Assembly (NCBI GenBank): GCA_034005005.1
Contig: JAVEVO010000007.1
Location: forward strand, 2,125-66,124
Length of the DNA stretch: 64,000 nucleotides
Origin: Myxococcota bacterium
Lineage (GTDB): Bacteria; Myxococcota_A; JAVEVO01
Direction: 5' to 3'
Each line of letters starts with the position of its first letter. Within the stretch, counting starts at the first letter, position 1. The notes under the pieces were generated by a model. That model was not told the DNA's origin. It worked only from the letters and a program-made list of their open reading frames with translations, and ran no database searches. Positions 38,849 to 50,912 of this stretch are shown here, piece by piece. The translations under genes were made by a program, and so were the position numbers.

Positions 38849-39038
38849 CCGGCGACTCCTCCTCCAGAGCCAGCAGCAGCCGTCTCACCCCGGCAGCCGA
38901 TCCTGGAGTCCTGGAAATTTCTTGACCAGCACCACAGTAGACATCCCGTGCCCGGGGGTCAACTCCCGCCGACCTCCTGCACGCCAGGAGCGCGTCGCCT
39001 ACCGTCGTCGCCTTCCGCCTCATGGTATACTCCTCCCC

Positions 39039-40322
39039 ATGCCTACCCGCGCGGCCTCGCCCGACATCCCTCCCGTCGCCCGCCGGACGAGCTGGCTGCT
39101 GCTGGGGCTGCTCGCGCTGGTCCTGCCGCTGTACCCCCTGCAGAACATCATCGACAAGATCGACCAGCCCCTGCGCGGCCTGCCGGGCGTCAACTTCATC
39201 AACCTCTCGGCGCTGCTGCTGGTGGGCCTCTGGTTCGGCCGGACGCTCTTCGCCGGGCGCCCGCTGGTGGGCCGCTCGCTGCTCAACCGCACCCTCGGGC
39301 TCTTCATCCTGCTCACCTACCTCGGGCTCTGGCGGGCGGTCTCCTACGTCGACGCCCCCCTGCCCCTCGGCCCCAGCGATCCGAGCTTCGTCTTCTGGAA
39401 GGACGCGATGCTCGCCTTCGTGCTCTTCTTCGTCGCGGCGAACACGATCCACGACGAGCGCACCATGCGCCTGCTCAGCTTCGCGATGTTGCTGGTGCTG
39501 CCCTACATGGTCCACGTCCACAACGACAACCTCTCCTGGGCGACCTCCTGGCACTACGACCACGACATGCGCGTCAACGGCACGATGCTCCACCTCGGCT
39601 CCAACGAGCTGGCCGCGTTCTACGTCGTCGCCTTGCTGGTCTCGGCCGGCCTGCTGCTGAGCCTGCGCGACCTGCAGTGGCGCCTGTTCTTCCTGCTCTC
39701 CACGGGCCTCGCGGCCTGGGGGGTGATCTACAGCTACAGCCGCAGCGCGTACCTCGCCGCCCTGGTCGGGGCCGCGCTCATGGGGCTGCTGCGCAGCCTG
39801 AAGCTCACCCTCGTGCTGCTCCTCTTCCTCCTGGCCGCCCCCCTCTTCCTCCCGGCCAGCGTCCTGGACCGCTTCGGGATGATCAACTCGGAGCAGACCC
39901 AGACCGACGAGTCCACCGAGCGACGCCTGGAGCTCTGGACGGTCGCGTGGGAGCGCTTCCAGGAGAACCCGGTGCTGGGGACGGGCTATCGCTCCTTCCC
40001 GAAGCTCAACCGCTACGACATGGACACCCACAACAACTACCTGAAGGTGCTCTGCGAGCTCGGCCTGTTCGGCTTCCTGGCGTTCCTCGGCCTGTTCGTG
40101 CACGGCTTCCGCCAGGGCTGGCTCCTCTCCCGCCAGTCGCCCACGCCCTTCGCCCGGGGGCTCGGCATGGGGGTCATGGCGGCCTCCCTGGGCCTGCTGG
40201 TGCTCAACTTCTTCGGCGACCGGGCGAGCTACCTCGCGGTCACCTGCTTCTTCTGGACCTGGCAGGGGATGGCGGCCCGGATCCTCCGGGCCGTCCGCTA
40301 CGAGGGAGGGTGGGCCCGATGA
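39039..40322 (+). CDS. O-antigen ligase / Wzy-like polymerase-family membrane protein
   Basis: In-frame ATG at 39039 (MPTRAASP...). About 10 or more TM helices. Wzy_C-like YSYSRSAYLAALVGAAL and HNNYLKVLCELGLFGF. Confidence 0.8.
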   Translation: MPTRAASPDIPPVARRTSWLLLGLLALVLPLYPLQNIIDKIDQPLRGLPGVNFINLSALLLVGLWFGRTLFAGRPLVGRSLLNRTLGLFILLTYLGLWRAVSYVDAPLPLGPSDPSFVFWKDAMLAFVLFFVAANTIHDERTMRLLSFAMLLVLPYMVHVHNDNLSWATSWHYDHDMRVNGTMLHLGSNELAAFYVVALLVSAGLLLSLRDLQWRLFFLLSTGLAAWGVIYSYSRSAYLAALVGAALMGLLRSLKLTLVLLLFLLAAPLFLPASVLDRFGMINSEQTQTDESTERRLELWTVAWERFQENPVLGTGYRSFPKLNRYDMDTHNNYLKVLCELGLFGFLAFLGLFVHGFRQGWLLSRQSPTPFARGLGMGVMAASLGLLVLNFFGDRASYLAVTCFFWTWQGMAARILRAVRYEGGWAR

Positions 40323-41503
40323 CCACCGACCGCACGGCCGGGCCGCCGGAGGGCCCGCCCCACCCCCGGGTGGTGTTCCTCGTCGACGAGCTGGAGGGCC
40401 GCGGCGGCACCGAGCTGCACCTCCTCGCCTTGCTGCGTGGGCTGCGCGCCGCGGGCTGGCCGGCTTCCCTGCTGGTTCTCGGCCGGGCCGGGCTGGCGCC
40501 CCTGTACGCGGAGGCCGGGATCCCCCTGCGGCGCTGGCCCCTGGCCCGGGCGGTCACGCCCACGCTGCCCCTCGCCGCGGCCCGGCTGGCCTGGAGGCTG
40601 CGGCGGGACGGCTGCGGGCTGCTGGTGACGGTGCACACCGCCGCGGACCTGCTCGGGCCCCTGGCGGCGACCCTCGCCCGCGTGCCCTGCGTCTCCAGCC
40701 GGCGGGACCTGGGCGGCTTCCGGGCGGCGCGCCACCGGCTCCTGGGACGGGCGCTCAACCCCCTGGTCGACCGCTTCGTCGCGCCCAGCGGGGCCGTGCG
40801 CGACGCCGCGTGCCGAGGCGAGGGCCTGGAGCCCGGGCGCTTCACGGTGATCCCCAACGGCGTCGACACCCGACGCTTTGCGCCGGGGGCCGGACGCACG
40901 CTGCGGACCGCGCTCGGTCTCGACGAGGCCACGCCGCTGCTCGGCTGCGTCGCCTCCCTGACCCCCGTCAAGCGCCCGCTGATGCTGCTCGAGGCCTTCG
41001 TCCGCCTGGTCCGCGGCCCCCGGCCCGACGCTCACCTCCTCCTCTGCGGTGACGGCCCCCTGCGGGCGCGCCTCGAGCTCCAGGCCCAGGCCGAGGGCGT
41101 CGCGGGCCAGGTCCACCTGCTCGGGGTGCGCCCGGACCCGGAGCGGGTGTACGCGGCCCTCGACCTGCACCTGCTCGCGTCCGCGGCCGAGGGCCTGTCC
41201 AACTCCCTGCTCGAGGCGATGGCCAGCGGCGTGCCCGTGATCGCCACCGCGGTCGGCGGCAACCGGGAGCTGGTGCGCGACGAGGTGGACGGCCTGCTCG
41301 TCCCGCCCGACAGCGGCCACCTCCTCGCGGCCGCAGCGGCGCGGCTGCTCGCGGACCCCGCCCGGGCCGCGGCCCTGGCCACGGCGGCCCGGCAGCGCGT
41401 CCTCGCCGACTACTCCGTGGAGGCCATGGTCGGGGGCCACGCCGCTCTCTTCACCCGGCTGCTCGCCGCCCCGCCCCGGCCGATCTCCGCCGGGAGTCCT
41501 TGA
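40319..41503 (+). CDS. glycosyltransferase family 4 (GT-B)
   Basis: ATGA overlap with the previous stop. EGLSNSLLEAMASGVPVIATAVGGNRELV (E-x7-E region). Confidence 0.85.
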   Translation: MTTDRTAGPPEGPPHPRVVFLVDELEGRGGTELHLLALLRGLRAAGWPASLLVLGRAGLAPLYAEAGIPLRRWPLARAVTPTLPLAAARLAWRLRRDGCGLLVTVHTAADLLGPLAATLARVPCVSSRRDLGGFRAARHRLLGRALNPLVDRFVAPSGAVRDAACRGEGLEPGRFTVIPNGVDTRRFAPGAGRTLRTALGLDEATPLLGCVASLTPVKRPLMLLEAFVRLVRGPRPDAHLLLCGDGPLRARLELQAQAEGVAGQVHLLGVRPDPERVYAALDLHLLASAAEGLSNSLLEAMASGVPVIATAVGGNRELVRDEVDGLLVPPDSGHLLAAAAARLLADPARAAALATAARQRVLADYSVEAMVGGHAALFTRLLAAPPRPISAGSP

Positions 41504-41506
41504 GAC

Positions 41507-42727
41507 ATGGCCGGCGTGCTCCACCTGCGCGCGAGCTGGGGCCTGTACGGCGCCGAGGGGGCGATCCTGGGCCTGGCGGAGCGGTGCCAGGCCCAGGGCA
41601 TCCCCTCGACCGTGGCGTGCCTGGTGGACCGGCGCTGGCCGGTCTCGGCCCTGGCCGAGGCGGCCGAAAGCATAGGACTTTCGACCGTCATAGTCACCGG
41701 ATCTGGTCCTTTCGACCCATCGCCCATCCTGCAGCTCCGCCGGCTCCTGCGGGCCCGGCCCGTGGACCTGCTCCACCTCCACGGCTACAAGGCCCAGGTC
41801 CTCGGCCTGCTCGCCACGGCCGGCAGCGGGCTCCCCCTGGTCGTCACCCACCACGGCGACACCGCGGAGACCCCTGCGGTACGGCTCTACGAGGGGCTGG
41901 CCCGCCGCCTGCTGGGAGGTGCCGCGGCCCTCGTCGTCGTCGCGGCCCGGGACCGGGAGCGACTACAACCATGGGCCGGCGCGCGGCCCATCCACCACAT
42001 CCCCAACGGCCTCGACGCCGAGCGGGTCGCGCGGCAGCTCGCGGCAGCAGCCCCCGCGACCCTCCCCCCGCCGCTGGCGGCGCGCCCCCTGGTGCTGGCC
42101 GTGGGCCGGCTCTCCCCCGAGAAGGGCCACGACCTCCTGCTCGACCCCCTCGGCGGGCTCCCCGCCCCCCGCCCCGCGCTGGCGATCCTCGGGGAGGGGC
42201 CCCTCGCCGACTTTCTCCGGGCGCAGGCCGCGAGGCGGGACGTGCCCCTGCTCCTCCCCGGCTATCAGCGCGACCTCGCCCCCTGGTGGAAGCGGGCCAG
42301 CCTCTTCTGCCAGCCTTCCCGGCGCGAGGGGCTGCCCCTGGCCGTGCTGGAGGCGATGGCCGCGGGGCTGCCCGTGGTCGCGAGCGCCGTGGGCGAGCTC
42401 GCACCCCTGCTCGGTGCCCGCCCCGCCACCCCGACGCGACCGGCCGAGCCCGAGGCCGGGCTGCTCTGCCCGCCGGACGATGTGGCCGCGCTGCGCGACC
42501 TCCTGCAGCGGCTGCTGTCCGACGGGGGGGAGGGGGCCCGTCGCCAGCTCGGGGAGGAGGCCGCGCGGCGCTGTCGCCGGGAGCACGACCTCACGAGGCT
42601 CGCGGACCGGCTGGTCCGGGAGGTCTACCTCCCTCTTGCTCCGTCCCTGCGCGCGGGGCATGATCCGCCCAGATCGGACAGGGACGAGCCCTGCTCTCGC
42701 CCCTACCCACCAGGAGAGGCGCCATGA
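41507..42727 (+). CDS. glycosyltransferase family 4 (GT-B)
   Basis: ORF track. SRREGLPLAVLEAMAAGLPVVASAVGEL. Confidence 0.85.
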   Translation: MAGVLHLRASWGLYGAEGAILGLAERCQAQGIPSTVACLVDRRWPVSALAEAAESIGLSTVIVTGSGPFDPSPILQLRRLLRARPVDLLHLHGYKAQVLGLLATAGSGLPLVVTHHGDTAETPAVRLYEGLARRLLGGAAALVVVAARDRERLQPWAGARPIHHIPNGLDAERVARQLAAAAPATLPPPLAARPLVLAVGRLSPEKGHDLLLDPLGGLPAPRPALAILGEGPLADFLRAQAARRDVPLLLPGYQRDLAPWWKRASLFCQPSRREGLPLAVLEAMAAGLPVVASAVGELAPLLGARPATPTRPAEPEAGLLCPPDDVAALRDLLQRLLSDGGEGARRQLGEEAARRCRREHDLTRLADRLVREVYLPLAPSLRAGHDPPRSDRDEPCSRPYPPGEAP

Positions 42728-43935
42728 GGATTCTCGCGGTCACCCCCCAGATCCCCTGGCCGCTGGACACCGGGGGCAAGATCCGGACCTTCCACCTCCT
42801 CTCGGCCCTCGCCCGCCACCACGAGGTCACCCTCTGCAGCTTCGACACCCTCCCCTTCACGCCGGCCGGCCCCCTCGAGTGTCGGCTGAAGGTCATCGAG
42901 CGGGTCTACCGCCCGACGGGACCCATCTCCCGGCTGCTCGCCCTCGCCCGCGGGCTGCCCGGGCCGGTCCCCGGGACGATCCAGCAGTACCGCTCCTCGG
43001 ACATGGCCCAGCGGATCGCCAAGGTCGCCCGGACCTGGAACGCCGGGCTGATCTACCTCGACTCCCTGCACACCGCCCAGTATCGCGAGGTCGTACCACT
43101 GCTGGCGGCGCTCCTCGACGAGCACAACGTCGAGGCCCAGGTGTGGGACCGGCTCGCCGAGGTCGCGGCCCAGCCGCCGCAGCGCGTGCTCCTGCGGCAG
43201 CAGGCGCGCCTGCTCCGGCGCCACGAGGCCGAGCGCTGCCGGGCGGTGGACCACGTCCTCTGCTGTTCCCGGGAGGACATCCAGCAACTCCGGGCCATGG
43301 CCGGGCTCCCCTGGGGGGCGCAGCCCGAGCGCTTCTGGCTGGTGCCCAACGGCACCGATCCCACGGCCTTCGGCGCCGACGTCGCGCCGGCCAACCTCAC
43401 CGGGCGGCCGCTGGTCTTCGTCGGCTCCCTGGACTGGGCGCCCAACGACGACGGCGCGCGCTGGTTCCTCCGGGAGATCATGCCGCGCGTGCTGGCGGCC
43501 GTGCCGGACGCTCGCCTGTACCTGGTCGGACGCAACCCCGGCCCGGCCCTGCGTCGGGAGCACGGGCGCAACGGCGTCGTGGTGGTCGGCGAGGTGGCCG
43601 ACGTGCGCCCCTACGTCCTGGCCGCGGAGGTGATCCCCGTCCCCCTGCGCTCGGGCGGGGGCACCCGGCTGAAGATCCTCGAGGCCCTGGGCGCGGGCAA
43701 GGCCGTGGTGTCGACCAGCATCGGGGCCGAAGGGCTGCGGCTGACCCCGGGACACGAGATCGAGATCGCGGACGACCCCGACCGCTTCGCGGACAAGGTC
43801 GTCCTCCTGCTCGGGGACGACGCGCGGCGGCAGCGCCTCGGCGAGGCGGGCGCCGCCACCGTCCGAAAGTCCTATACCTGGGAGACCATCGGCGACGAGC
43901 TCCTCGGCCGGCTCGCGGCCAGCGAACGAGGCTGA
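42724..43935 (+). CDS. glycosyltransferase family 4 (GT-B)
   Basis: ATGA overlap. MRILAVTPQIPWPLDTGGKIRTFHLL... and GGGTRLKILEALGAGKAVVSTSIGAEGL. Confidence 0.85.
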   Translation: MRILAVTPQIPWPLDTGGKIRTFHLLSALARHHEVTLCSFDTLPFTPAGPLECRLKVIERVYRPTGPISRLLALARGLPGPVPGTIQQYRSSDMAQRIAKVARTWNAGLIYLDSLHTAQYREVVPLLAALLDEHNVEAQVWDRLAEVAAQPPQRVLLRQQARLLRRHEAERCRAVDHVLCCSREDIQQLRAMAGLPWGAQPERFWLVPNGTDPTAFGADVAPANLTGRPLVFVGSLDWAPNDDGARWFLREIMPRVLAAVPDARLYLVGRNPGPALRREHGRNGVVVVGEVADVRPYVLAAEVIPVPLRSGGGTRLKILEALGAGKAVVSTSIGAEGLRLTPGHEIEIADDPDRFADKVVLLLGDDARRQRLGEAGAATVRKSYTWETIGDELLGRLAASERG

Positions 43936-43945
43936 GGGGGGCGCC

Positions 43946-44572
43946 TCAGTCGGGGACCACCACCGTGTCGCCGCTCTGCAGGGGGATGTTCTGCTCGGCG
44001 GCCTCTCCCGAGACGATGTCGTGGTAGCGGATGGGGATCACCAGGTCGGTCTGGGCCGGCCGCTTGCGCAGGACGTGGATCCGGTTGGGTGAGGCGAAGG
44101 GCGTGAACCCCCCGGCCAGGGCCAGGGCCTGCAGCACGGTGCGTGGCTCCGCGGCCTTGAACTCCCCGGGGCGCTTCACCTCGCCGAGCACGTAGAAGGC
44201 GTAGGAGTTGACCTCCCGGACCGAGATGCTCACCACCGGGGACTTCACGAACCGCTCGAGCTGAGCGGCGATGGTGGCGGCGAGCTGCTCGGGCACCTGG
44301 TCCCGGACCTCGACCTCGCCGATGAGCGGGAAGTCGATCCGGCCGTCGGGCCGGACCACCAGCTCCCGGCTCAGCTCCGCGTTGCCCTCCACGTCGACGT
44401 GGATCTTGTCGCCCCCTCCGAGCTTGAAGGATCGTGGGCGGGAGAGCTCGGCCCAGTCCACCGGACCGGACTTCGGACCACAGCCACACACCGTGAGCGC
44501 GCCGAGGGACAGCACGAGCCCGAGGCAGCAGCCACGCCGGAGCGCAGGGGAGAGCGGCGGGAGGCGGCGCAC
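43946..44572 (-). CDS. short outer-membrane polysaccharide export (OPX/Wza-like) lipoprotein, 208 aa
   Basis: ORF track. Poly_export-type GDKIHVDVEGNAELSRELVVRPDGRIDFPLIGEVEV and SLBB-like C-terminus (PLQSGDTVVVP). Cys-containing signal LTVCGC. Ends with no further C-terminal domain. Confidence 0.8.
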   Translation of the reverse strand: MRRLPPLSPALRRGCCLGLVLSLGALTVCGCGPKSGPVDWAELSRPRSFKLGGGDKIHVDVEGNAELSRELVVRPDGRIDFPLIGEVEVRDQVPEQLAATIAAQLERFVKSPVVSISVREVNSYAFYVLGEVKRPGEFKAAEPRTVLQALALAGGFTPFASPNRIHVLRKRPAQTDLVIPIRYHDIVSGEAAEQNIPLQSGDTVVVPD

Positions 44573-44578
44573 CCGGTA

Positions 44579-45724
<1,146 letters not shown>

Positions 45725-45847
45725 TCCTGCACCTCATCTGCCCGGACGTCCCGGGACGTTCCTGTCGACCTCTCCACGGATAGCGCCTCTGCCCGGGACG
45801 ATCAAGGAGCATCCTCGGACGGTGCTCCGCCGGGCCCGGCGGCGGGA

Positions 45848-46670
45848 TCAGTCGACGAGTCGGAAGCTGATCTCGTAATCGATCCAGACCGCGACCGGCT
45901 CTCCCTTGCGCAGGGCCGGCGAGCAGCGCATCTGCCGGGCCGCCAGGAGGGCCGCCTCGTCGAAGCCCTCGCCGCCCTTCCGCTTGACGCTGGCCGCGAC
46001 CACCCGGCCGTCCTGGCCGATCTGCAGGTGCAGCACCACGTCGGCCTCGAGCTCGAGCCGCCGCGCGACGCTGGGGTAGTCGGGCTGGAGCTGCGGGCAG
46101 CGTGGCAGCCGGTCCACCTCGAAGGCGCGCAGGGGTGCGACCGGCGGCGGGGGCGGCGGCGGGGGCGGCGGCGGGCCCGGCGTCAGCCGGTGATCGTTGG
46201 GGTCGGCGAGCATGTTGCCCCCTCCCTCGACCGCCACGACCGCGACCCCTCCGGCGCCGACCGTCGCCTCCATGTCCAGGGCGAAGCCGCCCGCGGGCGG
46301 AGTCGGGGCCTGGGGCGCCGGTGGCGGCGGCGGCGGGGCCGGTGTCGGCGGCGGCGGCGGGTCCTTGCGCACCACCGGCTTCGGGATCGGCTTGGGCGGC
46401 GGCGGGGGAGGTGGCGGCGGCGGCGGCTCGGGTTCGGGCTCCGGCGGCGGGGGCGGGGGCGGGGGCGGGGGCGGGGGCGGGGGCGGGGGCACGATGGCGA
46501 GCTCGATGATCGTGCTCTCGCGCGCCACCAGGGGCGCGACCCCGGTGGCCAGCCCCGCCAGCCCGACGTGGAGCAGCAAGGAGCAGCCGATGGTCAGGGC
46601 CCAGGCGAGCCCCCCGGTCCAGCGGCGGGTCCCCCCCCCCGTCGCCTCCTCCCGGGCTCCCGCTGGCGAA

Positions 46671-46681
<11 letters not shown>
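45848..46681 (-). CDS. tonB: TonB-family energy transducer (start codon unresolved)
   Basis: ORF track gives a TTG start at 46579. The frame stays open upstream and encodes RRWTGGLAWALTIGCSLLLHVGLAG, including the S-x3-H TM motif. The end given here is the in-frame CTG at 46681. Poly-Pro linker and TonB_C-like end (PDYPSVARRLELEADVVLHLQIGQDGRV). Confidence 0.7.
46449..46490 (+). repeat. (GGGGGC)x7 array, G-quadruplex-prone, encoding poly-Pro on the minus strand
   Basis: Seven G5 runs separated by single C, indexed directly. Confidence 0.9.
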
Positions 46682-47093
<412 letters not shown>

Positions 47094-47096
47094 GGC

Positions 47097-47756
47097 TCAG
47101 CTCGCCTTCCCGGTGCAGTCGTCCTTGACGTGCACCAGGATCGTCTTGCTGAGGACCTCCGCGTTGCTGACCGTCTGCTTGACCGTCTTCTTGCACAGGT
47201 TGTAGGCGACCACCGCGGGGAGCGCGACCAGCAGCCCGACCGCGGTGGCGACCAGGGCCTCGGAGATCCCGGCCATGACGACCTCGGCGCCGCCGCGCAC
47301 GTTGGCGGAGAGATCGGCGAAGGCCTTGATGATGCCGAGCACCGTGCCGAACAGCCCGATGAACGGGGCGTTGTTGCCCATGGTCCCGAGGAACCAGAGC
47401 TTGCGCTCGTACTCGCGACGCTCCCGGGTCATGGCCCGGCCCATGACCTCCTCGGCGATGCGTGGCCCCTGCTCGATGGCCTTCAGCCCGTCCTGGACCA
47501 CTCGCGCTTCCATGGCGCGGGAACCCTCCACCAGCTTGCGGGCCTGCTCGAGGTTCCGCTCCCCGAGGGCCTCGGCGAGAGAGCGAGCGAGGGCGTCGCC
47601 GTCGATCTTCCGCCGGGTGTAATAGTACCAACGCTCCAGCATGACCGCCACGGAGACCACCGAAAGGAACAGGAGCAGCCAGAGCACCCACTCCGCGCCG
47701 AGGACCGTGATCACCTGGGCGAGCCGCCCTACCAGCCCGGCCGTCGCTCCGCTCAT
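47097..47756 (-). CDS. exbB: MotA/TolQ/ExbB proton-channel protein
   Basis: ATG at 47756 after GGGGAGG. NAPFIGLFGTVLGIIKAF signature. Confidence 0.9.
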   Translation of the reverse strand: MSGATAGLVGRLAQVITVLGAEWVLWLLLFLSVVSVAVMLERWYYYTRRKIDGDALARSLAEALGERNLEQARKLVEGSRAMEARVVQDGLKAIEQGPRIAEEVMGRAMTRERREYERKLWFLGTMGNNAPFIGLFGTVLGIIKAFADLSANVRGGAEVVMAGISEALVATAVGLLVALPAVVAYNLCKKTVKQTVSNAEVLSKTILVHVKDDCTGKAS

Positions 47757-47994
47757 GCAACCTCCCCTCGCCGACGGGCCCTGCCGCCCGGCGAGCCAGC
47801 CGCGACCCTCGCCCGGCCGACGAGCCACCGCGGGACGGCCTCAATCTAGGGTCGGTGCAACAGGGGGTCAAGGATTGCAGTCCGGGTGAGCGCGCCCCCC
47901 CAAAAGACGGGCCTAGCGAGCCCTGGCGCGCATGGACAAGCGCCTCCGGCTGTGGTAGGTAGCAGCCGCGATTCAGGCTGGAGGCAAAGGATCG

Positions 47995-48747
47995 ATGTCG
48001 GGTCATAATAAATGGTCGACGATCAAGCACAAGAAGGGCAAGGCCGACGCGGTGCGGGGCAAGCTCTTCACCAAGGTCATCAAGGAGATCTCCGTGGCGG
48101 CCCGCATGGGCGGCACCGGTGATCCCGACTCCAACCCGCGCCTGCGCCGGGCCATCGACCTGGCCAAGGCCGCGAACATGCCCCGGGAGAACATCGAGCG
48201 GGCGATCAAGAAGGGGACCGGCGAGCTGGATGGCGTCGAGTACCTCGAGACGACCTACGAAGGGTACGGTCCGGCCGGCGTCGCGGTCCTCGTCGACGTG
48301 CTCACGGACAACAAGAATCGCACCGTCGCCGACATCCGCCACATCTTCGCCAAGGCGGGCGGCAACATGGGCGAGTCCGGCTGCGTCGCCTGGATGTTCC
48401 CCGCCAAGGGGTTGATCGAGACGGCCGCCTCGTTCAAGGACGAGGACCGCGTCATGGAGGTCGTCCTCGAGGCGGGCGGTGACGACGTCCAGCCCCTCGA
48501 CGAGGGTGGCTTCGAGGTCATCGTCGAGCCGACCCTGCTCGACGTCGTCGCCAACGCCCTGCGCCAGGCCGGGATCGAGGTCGCCAAGGCCGAGATGACC
48601 CGCATCCCGACGACCACCATCCCCCTGACCGGGAAGGCGGCCGAGCAGGTGATGCGCCTCGTCGACACCCTGGACGATCACGACGACGTCCAGAAGGTGT
48701 ACGCCAACGTGGACATCTCCGACGAAGACCTGGAGGGGATGGCCTGA
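47995..48747 (+). CDS. yebC: YebC/PmpR-family transcriptional regulator
   Basis: ORF track. [27 protein letters not shown] is a diagnostic N-terminus. Confidence 0.95.
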   Translation: MSGHNKWSTIKHKKGKADAVRGKLFTKVIKEISVAARMGGTGDPDSNPRLRRAIDLAKAANMPRENIERAIKKGTGELDGVEYLETTYEGYGPAGVAVLVDVLTDNKNRTVADIRHIFAKAGGNMGESGCVAWMFPAKGLIETAASFKDEDRVMEVVLEAGGDDVQPLDEGGFEVIVEPTLLDVVANALRQAGIEVAKAEMTRIPTTTIPLTGKAAEQVMRLVDTLDDHDDVQKVYANVDISDEDLEGMA

Positions 48748-49241
48748 GCCCGCGGGTCATCGGCATCGACCCGGGCACCCGGATCACCGGCTACGGCGTC
48801 GTCGAGCGGCAAGGCAACCAGCTCCGCCTCCTGCGGGCGGGCGTCATCCGCACCGACGCCGGCGCTCCCCTGTACCAGCGCCTCGACACGATCTACCGGG
48901 AGCTGAGCGCGGTGATCCGGGAGACGCAGCCGGAGGTGGCTGCGGTGGAGAGCCTCTTCGCAGCCCGCAACGCGGCCTCGGCCCTGAAGCTCGGCCACGC
49001 CCGGGGGGTCGCCCTGCTCGCGCTCGTCCACGGCGGGCTCGCGGTCCACGACTACGCGCCCAGCGAGGTGAAGCAGGCCGTCGTCGGGACCGGGCGGGGT
49101 CAGAAGGAGCAGGTCGCGCAGATGATCCGGAACCTCCTGGGTCTGAAGGAGATCCCCCCACCCGACGCGGCGGACGCCCTCGCCGTGGCGGTCTGCCAGC
49201 TCATGCACCGCGCCCTGCCCGGGGCTTTGGCGACGCGATGA
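48744..49241 (+). CDS. ruvC: Holliday junction resolvase RuvC (apparent CTG start)
   Basis: ORF track only offers GTG 48912, which loses the catalytic N-terminus. The frame is open upstream and encodes [20 protein letters not shown]. There is no in-frame ATG/GTG/TTG between 48591 (upstream limit of my codon-by-codon scan) and 48912. CTG at 48744 overlaps the yebC stop (CTGA), and GGAGGGG lies 6 nt upstream. Confidence 0.8.
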   Translation: MSPRVIGIDPGTRITGYGVVERQGNQLRLLRAGVIRTDAGAPLYQRLDTIYRELSAVIRETQPEVAAVESLFAARNAASALKLGHARGVALLALVHGGLAVHDYAPSEVKQAVVGTGRGQKEQVAQMIRNLLGLKEIPPPDAADALAVAVCQLMHRALPGALATR

Positions 49242-49873
49242 TCGCCCGACTGCGTGGCGAGCTGCTCGAGCGCGGCCTCGAGGAGATCGTGGTCGAGGCT
49301 GGCGGGGTCGGCTTCGGGCTCCTCGTCTCCCTGAACACCCTGGGCGCGCTCGGGCCGGTCGGGGCCCGGGTCGACCTGTACGTGCACACCGTCGTGCGCG
49401 AGGACGCCCTGACCCTGTACGGCTTCGCCACCGCCCTGGAGCGGGAGGCGTTCCGCAAGCTGACCGGCGTCAGCGGCGTCGGCCCCAAGCTCGCCCGCTC
49501 GCTGCTGTCCGCCATGAGCCCCGAGGAGCTCGGCCGCGCCCTGCGGAGCGGCGACGTCCGCCTGCTGTCCCGGGCGCCGGGGGTGGGCAAGCGCACCGCC
49601 GAGCGCCTGGTCGTCGAGCTCAAGGAGAGCTTCCCCTACCCCCCCCCCGGGGCCGGACCCGCGACCCCGGCCGGCGCCACGCCGGGCGGGGCCGACGCGC
49701 CGGCACCGCGCGGCCAGCGCGCGGCCGATCTGGAGCAGGCCCTGTCGTTCATGGGGTACAAGGGACCGCAGATCGACCGGGTCGTCGGCCAGCTCACCGA
49801 GCAGCTCGACCGTCGCCCCCTCGAAGAGCTGATCCGCGATGCGCTCGCCCTGCTCCAGGGACGGCCGCGCTGA
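49238..49873 (+). CDS. ruvA: Holliday junction branch-migration complex subunit RuvA
   Basis: ORF track. ATGA overlap with ruv[10 protein letters not shown]... and HhH motifs [22 protein letters not shown]. Confidence 0.95.
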   Translation: MIARLRGELLERGLEEIVVEAGGVGFGLLVSLNTLGALGPVGARVDLYVHTVVREDALTLYGFATALEREAFRKLTGVSGVGPKLARSLLSAMSPEELGRALRSGDVRLLSRAPGVGKRTAERLVVELKESFPYPPPGAGPATPAGATPGGADAPAPRGQRAADLEQALSFMGYKGPQIDRVVGQLTEQLDRRPLEELIRDALALLQGRPR

Positions 49874-49889
49874 GCCCGGGGAGGCCAGG

Positions 49890-50908
<1,019 letters not shown>

Positions 50909-50912
<4 letters not shown>

